A DNA stretch of 64,000 nt from Acutalibacteraceae bacterium (lineage in GTDB: Bacteria > Bacillota > Clostridia > Oscillospirales > Acutalibacteraceae). Positions 36,428-45,411 of the stretch are shown piece by piece. The notes under the pieces were generated by a model. The model did not search any database. It was not told where the DNA came from and saw only the letters and a program-made list of their open reading frames with translations. A program made the translations under genes and the position numbers. Position 1 is the first letter of the stretch. Every line of letters starts with the position of its first letter. The stretch lies in NCBI GenBank assembly GCA_045639185.1, contig JAZUCO010000115.1:17573-81572 (forward strand), read 5' to 3'.

Positions 36428-37521
36428 AAATTATTTACCTTTTCAATGTAATAATTTTCAAGCCATTTTGCATTCTCTTTGATATCAAATCCGGCTTGAA
36501 TTATTTTTTCGGCATTGTTTTTCTTATTGTGATTTTTGAATTCCAAGATTCTTTTTGCCCAAAGTTCAGGTGATTCATTTAATGATAAAAAATAAGCATC
36601 ATCTGAAATGTTGCAATCTGGTGTTATAGTGTCAGACATAATACAGGGGAGTCCTGCAGCTTGTGCTTCAACAGATGTTACAGGAAAACCTTCATATAAT
36701 GAAGGAAAAACAAACACATCAAATGCTTGAAGAATTTCATGAACATCATCACGTGAGCCTAAAAAAAGAACAGTATCTGTTAAACCATATTTTTCAACTT
36801 TATTTTCAATAGACTTTTGAAGATCTCCGCTGCCAACTAAAACTAATTTTGCAGTATTATCGCATTTGTATACTTCATAGAAAATATCAATAAGAAAATC
36901 ATGGTTTTTTTGTGGATTAAATCGTCCTATGTGTCCGATTACAAAATTGTTAGTCAAATTCAACTGATTTCTGATTTCTAATTCTATAAATTTATTGTAT
37001 ATAAATTTAGAAGTATCGATTGCATTATTGAAAATTGAAAAATGATAATTTCCAAACATCCATTCTCCTGCAATTTTACTACATGCAAACAAGTCTGTAG
37101 AAAAAAACGGTATGAACTTTTTAGCAAATACCTTGATAATATATTTAAAATTTTTATCCTGAGAAGAATTGTGAGAATGAGCAATTCTTACAGGTATATT
37201 GCATTTCTTTGCAACAGAAAGAGGAATTGCACTCATGCAATCTAAATGACAATGAACAATTTTGTATCGATTTTCAGAAAAGAACTTATATAGTTCTTTA
37301 TAATAAGAAATTGAAAAAGGATTTAGTTGACTAATGCGAAATATTTTTCCTCCGAGACTTTCAATTTCATCGTCATAATCAGCTTTAAAATCTCTATGTA
37401 CAAGAAAATCAAACTGAACTTTTGATCGATCGATATTTCGATAATAGTTCATTAACATTGTTTCCAGGCCGCCACGTCCCATATATGTGACAATATGCAA
37501 AATTCGTATTGGTTGCTTCAT
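36424..37521 (-). CDS. Family 4 (GT-B) glycosyltransferase
   Basis: MGRGGLETMLMN N-terminus and FPSLYEGFPVTSVEAQAAGLPCI C-terminal motif. Confidence 0.8.
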   Translation of the reverse strand: MKQPIRILHIVTYMGRGGLETMLMNYYRNIDRSKVQFDFLVHRDFKADYDDEIESLGGKIFRISQLNPFSISYYKELYKFFSENRYKIVHCHLDCMSAIPLSVAKKCNIPVRIAHSHNSSQDKNFKYIIKVFAKKFIPFFSTDLFACSKIAGEWMFGNYHFSIFNNAIDTSKFIYNKFIELEIRNQLNLTNNFVIGHIGRFNPQKNHDFLIDIFYEVYKCDNTAKLVLVGSGDLQKSIENKVEKYGLTDTVLFLGSRDDVHEILQAFDVFVFPSLYEGFPVTSVEAQAAGLPCIMSDTITPDCNISDDAYFLSLNESPELWAKRILEFKNHNKKNNAEKIIQAGFDIKENAKWLENYYIEKVNNL

Positions 37522-37532
37522 AAATACTTACT

Positions 37533-38633
37533 TTACCCCCAAGCAATAAATACTGAATAAATAAAATATAAAGAATAGCATATGTATAGTGAAGATTTAG
37601 CTAATTTTGAAATATTTTTATTGAAAATGTGATCAATTTCCCACGGTAGTAATATGTAGCTGAAGAGGGAAAAATAAATTGGTAGCCTACCAATAAAGAT
37701 ACCACTTGTGAACATTGATACAACATAGATGCCTGCAGATGCAATAGACATATTTGTGCAGACATTTATAACCGGATCATTTTCTTTATCTATAGTCTTT
37801 TTGCCGTAAAGCGAAATAATAGCGGGAACAGAGTAGACAAGAACTCTGAGAATATTTGTACCATCGTCCTGACCTTGTGTCCAGTCTGAAACAACATTCT
37901 GATACTGTGTGTCACTTAGTGCACTGTCAAGGATATCGGTAAACTGATCAACAAAGGAAACAGCAATTATAACACCAAATAAAAACAGTAATGTTTTTTT
38001 ATTCCATGCTTTACCTTGAACAATGAAAATAAACGGAATCACCAAAAGAGCAGAACCGTGGAAAAATGAAGCAAATAGTATAACAAGAATAGCATAGATA
38101 TGTTTTTTTGTTAATATGAAATTAAATGCAAACAGAATTATTGTAACAGCAGTAAATTGTCTGAGTCCGTTGAACATCCATGAAAGATAGTCAGTTGAGG
38201 CAACAAACAAAAATATACTCATGAAAAAATCAGAAGAATATTTTCTGTAAAGTTTAGCAAGCGAAAGCATCTGAAATGCAGCTAAAATCCCGAGATAAAC
38301 TTCATAATTATTTGTTATAAAAATTTTAATAATAAGAGATACAAATGAAAATAATTCGTCTTTCGAAACCGTTTGCATATATGCCTGTAATTCATCGAAT
38401 TTTGTAGGCATTGCCTTAAATCCGGTGATATATGCGGTTGTGTCTGCAAAATAGCCTCGTTGAGCTGCTATTATTATCAATGGAATTGAAAGTAACAGAA
38501 CCCATGTCCATGATACTCGAGGTTCAGTTTTACGTAATACACGGACAGGTACTTTTTTTGCTCCGGTCATATTGTAGAGTAATGCGACAACAGCCGGCCA
38601 TATTAATGTGAATATATATTTACCGGTTGTCAT
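37533..38633 (-). CDS. EpsG-family polysaccharide polymerase (Wzy-like)
   Basis: 366 aa, about 10 TM helices, with the DTTAYITGF and NGLRQFTAV loops typical of EpsG-type polymerases. Confidence 0.7.
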   Translation of the reverse strand: MTTGKYIFTLIWPAVVALLYNMTGAKKVPVRVLRKTEPRVSWTWVLLLSIPLIIIAAQRGYFADTTAYITGFKAMPTKFDELQAYMQTVSKDELFSFVSLIIKIFITNNYEVYLGILAAFQMLSLAKLYRKYSSDFFMSIFLFVASTDYLSWMFNGLRQFTAVTIILFAFNFILTKKHIYAILVILFASFFHGSALLVIPFIFIVQGKAWNKKTLLFLFGVIIAVSFVDQFTDILDSALSDTQYQNVVSDWTQGQDDGTNILRVLVYSVPAIISLYGKKTIDKENDPVINVCTNMSIASAGIYVVSMFTSGIFIGRLPIYFSLFSYILLPWEIDHIFNKNISKLAKSSLYICYSLYFIYSVFIAWG

Positions 38634-38648
38634 TAACAGTTCACTCGC

Positions 38649-39728
38649 TTAAATGATTTTATCGATTGTATTTTTTACAACCTGTTTTTTATCAAACTCG
38701 TTTTCCATTTTTGTTCTTGCATTTCTACCCATTTCTGCTTTTTCATTTGCAGAAAGAAGAATGAATTTCTTCATTTTTTCATATAGGTCATCAGAATCTT
38801 TAACATTTACAAGATAACCTGTTTCATTATCATTAACAGCCTCTTTACAACCCGGAATATCTGATGTGATTACAGGTCTGCCCGTTGCAGATGACTCAAG
38901 AAGAACATTGGACAAACCTTCGTGATAAGAGGGAAGTACTACACAGTTGCAATTCTTATAATAGGGAATTGTGTCAGTCTGAAAACCGTGAAAATTTATG
39001 ATTTTCTTTTTTGAAAGTTCTTCTGTAATTTGTTTATATTCATCCTCGAAAAATCCGACTACGTCTAAAGAAACCTTATCACCGAATTCATCTTTCAATC
39101 TCATAAAAGCATCAAAGAGTTCGTCAATACCTTTTTCTTTCATAATGCGTCCGAGATAAAGGAATTTAACTACGGAATCGTCAGGGTATTCAGAGTATTT
39201 GTATGTATCCAAATTTATACCGGCTCCGTTCAAAACAGTAATTTTATCTTTTTTAATTATTTTTTTATCGATAAAAATCTGCGCATTTGCATTGTTTTCA
39301 AAAAATATGGATTTTGCTTTACCTGTACCAGCTTTGTACATAAAAGATACGATTGCAGCTAATTTTTTGTTCTGAAATGCAGTTCCTAATCCCTGTACAT
39401 TGATATAGTACGGGATTTTTTTTAATCTTGCGGCAAGACCGCAGTAAATGTTTGGTTTTATTGAGTATGTGACAATTTTGTCAGGTTTTTCCTGCTTAAT
39501 CTGATTGAAATAAGTAAGCAAAAGCTTCAGATCGGTTTTAGGATTTATACCTCTGCGATCAATATCAGTGTTGATGCACTTGCAACCCATTGCTTCAAAA
39601 TCTTTTTCATGACCGACAAAAGGCATACTTAAAGTAACAGAATTATCCTTGAGTAATTCAGCAATAAGTTCTTTTCGGAAACGATATAACATATATGAGT
39701 GATTTGTTGCAATGAAGATTTTAGCCAT
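38649..39728 (-). CDS. GT4 glycosyltransferase, PglA/WbuB-like (second sugar transferase)
   Basis: MAKIFIATNHSYMLYRFRKELI...KPDKIVTYSIKPNIYCGLAARL...VQGLGTAF resembles PglA-type enzymes. ATG 39728 lies 4 nt after the upstream stop. Confidence 0.7.
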   Translation of the reverse strand: MAKIFIATNHSYMLYRFRKELIAELLKDNSVTLSMPFVGHEKDFEAMGCKCINTDIDRRGINPKTDLKLLLTYFNQIKQEKPDKIVTYSIKPNIYCGLAARLKKIPYYINVQGLGTAFQNKKLAAIVSFMYKAGTGKAKSIFFENNANAQIFIDKKIIKKDKITVLNGAGINLDTYKYSEYPDDSVVKFLYLGRIMKEKGIDELFDAFMRLKDEFGDKVSLDVVGFFEDEYKQITEELSKKKIINFHGFQTDTIPYYKNCNCVVLPSYHEGLSNVLLESSATGRPVITSDIPGCKEAVNDNETGYLVNVKDSDDLYEKMKKFILLSANEKAEMGRNARTKMENEFDKKQVVKNTIDKII

Positions 39729-39732
39729 AATA

Positions 39733-40344
39733 TTATTCCTTGTCTTTTTTCTCGAGAGTGCCTGTACCGCCTTCAACAACACCTTCATGTTTGATAACCT
39801 GAAGAGCGGTAGCAATAATGCATTTTATATCAAAGGGCAGACTCATTTTTTCAACATATTCGCCGTCAAATTTTGCTTTGACGTCTATTTCAAGTTCATC
39901 TCTGCCATTGACCTGCGCCCAACCTGTAAGACCCGGGCGGATATTGTTTGCTCCGTATTTATCACGTTCTGCAATAAGGTCTTCCTGATTCCAGAGTGCA
40001 GGTCTGGGACCTACAATTGACATATCACCCTTAAGAATGTTGAAAAGTTGGGGTAGTTCATCAAGACTGGATTTTCTGAGAAATTTACCGACTTTTGTGA
40101 TAAATGCATCAGGATTATTAAGAAGGTGTGTCGGCATATCATGAGGTGTGTCTGTTCGCATCGAACGGAATTTATACATATTGAAATGCTTATTGTCTTT
40201 GCCAACTCTTTTCTGCACAAAAAGAACAGGACCTTTTGAATCAGCTTTTACTGCAATTGAACAACCCAATAAAACAGGAGATAATACAATTACAGCAAAT
40301 AGTGATACGAGAAAATCTATCATTCTTTTAACAATTTTATACAC
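39733..40344 (-). CDS. Small monotopic phosphoglycosyl transferase (PglC/WcfS-like, initiating enzyme)
   Basis: 203 aa. One N-terminal re-entrant helix, then KFRSM...DELPQLFNILKGDMSIVGPRP. Confidence 0.85.
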   Translation of the reverse strand: MYKIVKRMIDFLVSLFAVIVLSPVLLGCSIAVKADSKGPVLFVQKRVGKDNKHFNMYKFRSMRTDTPHDMPTHLLNNPDAFITKVGKFLRKSSLDELPQLFNILKGDMSIVGPRPALWNQEDLIAERDKYGANNIRPGLTGWAQVNGRDELEIDVKAKFDGEYVEKMSLPFDIKCIIATALQVIKHEGVVEGGTGTLEKKDKE

Positions 40345-42235
40345 TTAATACACCTTCGTTTTCGGGATGGTATGTCGGAACAAGTTTCATTACTGATGCT
40401 CTGATATTATCTCCGTTAAGATAGCATTCATCTCTGAGATAAGCAAGGTTTGTGAAAAATTCATCAGCATCGACATCAGATAATTTGCCGATAAAAATAA
40501 GATCATTTTTTGTTTTCTCTAGACCTTCTTCAGACATAAGTAGCTCCTCATAGAGTTTTTCGCCCGGTCTGAGACCTGTATATTCAATTTTGATATCAAT
40601 ATCGGGTTCAAAACCTGAAAGTTTTATCATTCGTCTTGCAAGATCGTCAATTTTGACCGGTTGTCCCATATCAAGAATGAAAATCTCTCCTCCGTTTGCA
40701 TAGAAACCTGCCTGAAGAACAAGAGATACAGCCTCTGGTATTGTCATAAAATATCTTATAATATCTTTATGTGTAACTGTTACGGGGCCGCCACGTGCAA
40801 TTTGTTTTCTGAAAAGAGGAATAACACTTCCGTTTGAGCCGAGAACATTACCGAAACGAACAGCAACGAATCTCGTTTTTGAAATCTTCGCAAAACATTC
40901 AATTATCATTTCACAAAGACGTTTGGAAGCACCCATTATATTTGTAGGGTTGACTGCCTTATCTGTTGATATGAGAACGAATGTTGAAACGCCGTGTTTG
41001 TTTGCAGAATTAGCAACATTATATGTACCAAAAACATTGTTTTTGATTGCTTCGTTCGGTGCGTCTTCCATAAGCGGAACATGTTTATGTGCAGCTGCGT
41101 GATATACGATATCAGGTTTGTATGTTTCAAAAAGTGAATCTACACGCTGGATATCGCGCACTGAACCGATTATTACATCAAGATCAAGCTGGGGATTATT
41201 TGCTTTCAATTCTTGCTGAATTGCATATGCATTATTTTCATAAATATCAAAAATTATAAGTTTTGCAGGATTAAAAGATGCAATCTGACGGCACAACTCA
41301 CTTCCTATAGAACCGCCACCACCGGTTACAAGTATCTTTTTGCCTGATATCATTGCTTGGATTTCAGAAAGATCAACTTTAATGCAATCTCTGCCAAGAA
41401 GGTCTTCAATTTCGACATTTCTGATTTGCTCTATCCTGACCTCACCGTTGGTAAATTGTGTGATTGAGGGAACAATGCTTAATGAGCATTTTGTTTTCTG
41501 GCACTCATCAATTATGACTCTTTTTTCTGAATTAGAAGCTGAAGGAATAGCCAGAATTATTTTATCAATTCTGTATTTATCAGCTATTTCGGGAATGTGT
41601 TCACAATTATTTACAACTTTAACACCATGAATAAATTTGCCGATTTTACTTGGGCTATTATCAAGCATACAGATTACACGACCTCTTGAGTGCGGACTTG
41701 TCTGCAACTCTCTGAGAACGCTAACGCCTGAACGACCTGCGCCTATTATCATAACTCTGTCGAGTTTATTTGAACGTTTGATATTTGTTTTTACCTTACC
41801 TGCAAAGCGGTAAGAGAATCTTAATGTTGTAATTGCACCGACAAGAAATATAAAATAGATTATAGGGTAACTTTTTGGGAAAAAGATGTTTGCTTTTGCT
41901 CTTAACAAAAAAAGTAATATAGTGTTGAGCGCAGTTGATGATATACAAGCTGCTGCGATTGTTGTGAATTCATCAAAGCCAGCATATTTCCATATACCTC
42001 TGTACAGCTTAAAAAATACAAACACTATAAGAGTAATAAGTGTTGTAGCAGGAGACACGCTGAATATACTCTGAACAAAACCTGCTGAAATTAATTCGTG
42101 CAGATTAAACTCAAACCTTACAAATAATGCAAGGAATGAAGCAAGGTTTATTAAAATTATGTCAGCAAATACCAGTGCTGCAGTTTTTAGGTTATGAAGA
42201 ATAGTATCTTTACCTGCGGGATCCAATCTGATCAT
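40337..42235 (-). CDS. Membrane-bound UDP-HexNAc 4,6-dehydratase (CapD/PglF/WbpM family)
   Basis: Four N-terminal TM helices, then two Rossmann regions (IIGAGRSG; VTGGGGSIGSEL) and an SDR catalytic region. Confidence 0.85.
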   Translation of the reverse strand: MIRLDPAGKDTILHNLKTAALVFADIILINLASFLALFVRFEFNLHELISAGFVQSIFSVSPATTLITLIVFVFFKLYRGIWKYAGFDEFTTIAAACISSTALNTILLFLLRAKANIFFPKSYPIIYFIFLVGAITTLRFSYRFAGKVKTNIKRSNKLDRVMIIGAGRSGVSVLRELQTSPHSRGRVICMLDNSPSKIGKFIHGVKVVNNCEHIPEIADKYRIDKIILAIPSASNSEKRVIIDECQKTKCSLSIVPSITQFTNGEVRIEQIRNVEIEDLLGRDCIKVDLSEIQAMISGKKILVTGGGGSIGSELCRQIASFNPAKLIIFDIYENNAYAIQQELKANNPQLDLDVIIGSVRDIQRVDSLFETYKPDIVYHAAAHKHVPLMEDAPNEAIKNNVFGTYNVANSANKHGVSTFVLISTDKAVNPTNIMGASKRLCEMIIECFAKISKTRFVAVRFGNVLGSNGSVIPLFRKQIARGGPVTVTHKDIIRYFMTIPEAVSLVLQAGFYANGGEIFILDMGQPVKIDDLARRMIKLSGFEPDIDIKIEYTGLRPGEKLYEELLMSEEGLEKTKNDLIFIGKLSDVDADEFFTNLAYLRDECYLNGDNIRASVMKLVPTYHPENEGVLSV

Positions 42236-42350
42236 TACTTTGTCTCCATGAAATTATGCATCATTATTATACACGATAATAATATCATTGGAATCGAGAA
42301 ATGTCAATATTTATATTGGTATGGTATTTTTTTTATTTTAATTATTTATA

Positions 42351-42379
42351 TTGACTATTTTTTATTTTTGCTGTAATAT
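42351..42379 (+). promoter_or_regulatory. Promoter of the cpsB-kinase operon
   Basis: TTGACT (42351-42356), 17 nt, TAATAT (42374-42379). Confidence 0.5.
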
Positions 42380-42413
42380 TATTGTGTATTTTTATGAAAG
42401 GTAATGAGTCCGG

Positions 42414-43136
42414 ATGTTTATTGATTTACATTGTCATATATTGCCCGATGTAGATGACGGTGCAGAATCTTTTAATGAAGCTGTTGATATTATCACTACA
42501 GCAAACAAATCAGGTACTACAATAATGGTACTCACACCTCATTATAATCAGATGAATAAACATCATTGTCATCTTAACAAAGAAATACTGACCGAAAAAT
42601 ACAAAAAATTCATATCAGATACAGAAAAAATTGATGCTAAAGTCAAGTTCTTTTTAGGTTCTGAATTGTTTGCAGATAAGAACATTTCGGATTTGTGTAA
42701 GAACAATGAGATTGTATCACTGAATGCATCAAGATATGTTCTTACTGAATTTTATTTTGATGAGAAAATTGGGAATATTCAAAGCTATACCGATGAACTC
42801 TTATCTTTTGGCTATATTCCTGTTATTGCTCATCCCGAGAGATATAAAGATTTATCTCAGCAAGAATATTTTTCATTAATCAACAAAGGTTGTAAATTTC
42901 AGCTGAATAAAAACAGTATTCTAGGCAAGAACGGCAATGAAGTCAAAGAATTGGCATGGTGGATGCTGAATAATGATTTTGTTCATATAATAGCAAGTGA
43001 TTGCCATAATTCAACATCCAGAAATGCTGACCTCAGCGAGCTATATGTACAGCTTCTTGATCAATTCAGCCCTGATAAAATCAGTGTCTGGATGCACGAT
43101 AATCAGAAAAGAATTTTACTTGATAGAAATATTTAA
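42414..43136 (+). CDS. cpsB: CpsB/YwqE-type PHP-family protein-tyrosine phosphatase
   Basis: MFIDLHCHILPDVDDGA N-terminus plus HPERY and SDCH motifs. Confidence 0.9.
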   Translation: MFIDLHCHILPDVDDGAESFNEAVDIITTANKSGTTIMVLTPHYNQMNKHHCHLNKEILTEKYKKFISDTEKIDAKVKFFLGSELFADKNISDLCKNNEIVSLNASRYVLTEFYFDEKIGNIQSYTDELLSFGYIPVIAHPERYKDLSQQEYFSLINKGCKFQLNKNSILGKNGNEVKELAWWMLNNDFVHIIASDCHNSTSRNADLSELYVQLLDQFSPDKISVWMHDNQKRILLDRNI

Positions 43137-43150
43137 GAGAAGGTAATACA

Positions 43151-44008
43151 ATGCGAATAATAAGACTTTTTATAGTAATTTTATTTATAATCAGTATAGC
43201 GTTCACTGTTTACATAAAACTCAGTGACAATGCTGACTATCAGGCACCTGTAATTGTTTGCAGTCAGGAGAAAATTATTGCAAGTGTTAAAGATTCTGAT
43301 GAGAAGTTATTGAGTTATGTAACAGCTAATGATGCTAAAGACGGAGACTTGACTGAAAATATAATTATTGAATCAATCTCACCATTCATAAGCAAAAATA
43401 CCGCAAAAATCACATATGCGGTCTGTGACTCAGAAAATAATGTTGCAAAGATTGAAAAAGACATTGTTTTTTTTGACTATACTGCACCTGAATTCAAGTT
43501 CAGTACTCAGCATGTATATTATGTAGGCGCTACAAAAGTTGAGCTTTTGAACGGTGTTACAGCATACGATAGTCTTGATGGTGATATTTCATCCAGAATC
43601 GTAATCTCTGATTCGGAGATAAATTTGTCCGAGCCCGGAATTTATCCGGTTACATACAAAGTTGCCACCAGTAAAGGTGTTACGGCAGAAATTACTGTGA
43701 ATGCGTATGTTTATGCAAGCCGTCTTACTGATGTAATACCTCTTAAATCCTATCTGGTTTATACTGATTTCGGTAAAGCTATTGATGCAGAAAGCTATAT
43801 TACATCAATACCTGATAAGTATTTTAACAACGAAGATAGTCTCTACAGATATGATTTTGAAATAATTGAAAATGTAGATTACAAAAAACAGGGTATTCAC
43901 TATGTCACTTACAGAATATCAAGAATAGATGAAAACGAGGAGTTTTCAGAGCCGTTTGTAATTGCAGAATCATATCTTGCAGTTGCAGTAAGGGGTGAGA
44001 ATAAATGA
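43151..44008 (+). CDS. Membrane-anchored protein with two Ig-like (DUF5011-type) domains
   Basis: N-terminal TM, then two repeats of the pattern (Y/T)xAP...A(N/Y)D..DGD(L/I)(T/S)..I.I... Confidence 0.55.
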   Translation: MRIIRLFIVILFIISIAFTVYIKLSDNADYQAPVIVCSQEKIIASVKDSDEKLLSYVTANDAKDGDLTENIIIESISPFISKNTAKITYAVCDSENNVAKIEKDIVFFDYTAPEFKFSTQHVYYVGATKVELLNGVTAYDSLDGDISSRIVISDSEINLSEPGIYPVTYKVATSKGVTAEITVNAYVYASRLTDVIPLKSYLVYTDFGKAIDAESYITSIPDKYFNNEDSLYRYDFEIIENVDYKKQGIHYVTYRISRIDENEEFSEPFVIAESYLAVAVRGENK

Positions 44009-45411
44009 GAGAAATCCGTTTTGATTATATAAATTGGTATACCATTGCTAAAGATGTATTGCGAAACGGCTGGATTATTTTGCTTGCATTCTTAACCGGC
44101 TTTTTTGGTATCAGAGCTTATTTTGATTTTACATATAAACCTGAATACAAATGTTCAGCCACAGTTGCCATTAATGCAACAGATTCCGGTCTTTATTCTT
44201 TCTCTAGCCTTAATAAAACTATCGAAGCTGCATCTACCTTTCAGGAAATGTTTCAGAGTTCTTATTTTAAGGAGAAACTTGAGGATATTACAAAAAATCC
44301 TGTTGATGGTGTAATTTCTGCTGAACAGATTTCAGAAACAAATCTTATTGTAATGTCTTACAAATGCGATTCTCCCATTGAAGCATATTCAATGCTGATT
44401 GCAGTTATTGAAAATTATAATGTAATAACAGACTACAACTTTGAGAATATGCTTATTAATGTTATATCGCAGCCTGTTGTTCCAACAGTCCCGTCAAACC
44501 CTATTTCTTATAATCATTATGATAAGATTGCAGCAGTCGCATTGGCTTTTGCTGTGCTGTTCTTTGTTGTAGTTTTTTCTTATTTCAGAGACACAGTAAA
44601 AAATGAAACTGATGTTAATTCAATGCTTGATACAAAATTGTTTAGTGTTGTATATCATGAGGAAAAGAACAAGACATTAAAAGCAAAACTCGGATTATCT
44701 CATTCAAAAGATCCGTTGTTAATAACAAACATTCTGATAAATTACAGATTTGCTGAAACATTCAGAATAGCAGCACTTAAGCTTGATTATTTTGTGAAAG
44801 CTAAAAATGTTAAAACTGTTATGATAACCAGCTGTGGTGAAAATGAAGGTAAATCAACAGCATCTGTAAATCTTGCACTTTCAATGGCAAAGATGGGAAG
44901 AAAAACTCTCCTTGTTGATGCTGACTTGAGAAAACCCGCAGTATATAAATTTTTCAACAATCAATACAATGATAAGCTTCAGGGGCTGGGTGAAGTTATC
45001 CGTGGAAATATTGCAATAAATAACGCAATTATAAAAGAACCTAATACAGGACTTTATATTATGTGCGGTAAGCAAAAATACAGAAATAGCTCAGAAATGA
45101 TTTCTACAAAGCGGTTTGAAATGTTTGTTGAATCTCTTAAAGAGCAATTTGATGTAATTATATTTGATACACCTCCCACATCTCTTGTATCTGATGCAGA
45201 AATTATTTCAGGATATATAGATGCAGCACTTATTGTCGTTCGTCAGGATATTGCTCCCGTTCCTGAAATTAATGATATGATTGAAATGATTAGTCAATCA
45301 GGTGCATCTGTTGAAGGTTGTATTTTTAATGATGTTCATGTTCTTCCTTCACTTTTCTCCAAATTAGAACAATCTTATGATGTTGATAAGAAATCGGAGG
45401 TGAATTCCTGA
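44005..45411 (+). CDS. Wzz/CpsC-like chain-length domain fused to an intact BY-kinase domain, with no C-terminal Tyr cluster
   Basis: Two TM helices flank a polar loop. Walker A GENEGKST, Walker A' LLVDADLRKP, Walker B VIIFDTPP. The C-terminus ...LFSKLEQSYDVDKKSEVNS has one Tyr. The ATGA overlap couples it to the upstream gene. Confidence 0.8.
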   Translation: MREIRFDYINWYTIAKDVLRNGWIILLAFLTGFFGIRAYFDFTYKPEYKCSATVAINATDSGLYSFSSLNKTIEAASTFQEMFQSSYFKEKLEDITKNPVDGVISAEQISETNLIVMSYKCDSPIEAYSMLIAVIENYNVITDYNFENMLINVISQPVVPTVPSNPISYNHYDKIAAVALAFAVLFFVVVFSYFRDTVKNETDVNSMLDTKLFSVVYHEEKNKTLKAKLGLSHSKDPLLITNILINYRFAETFRIAALKLDYFVKAKNVKTVMITSCGENEGKSTASVNLALSMAKMGRKTLLVDADLRKPAVYKFFNNQYNDKLQGLGEVIRGNIAINNAIIKEPNTGLYIMCGKQKYRNSSEMISTKRFEMFVESLKEQFDVIIFDTPPTSLVSDAEIISGYIDAALIVVRQDIAPVPEINDMIEMISQSGASVEGCIFNDVHVLPSLFSKLEQSYDVDKKSEVNS

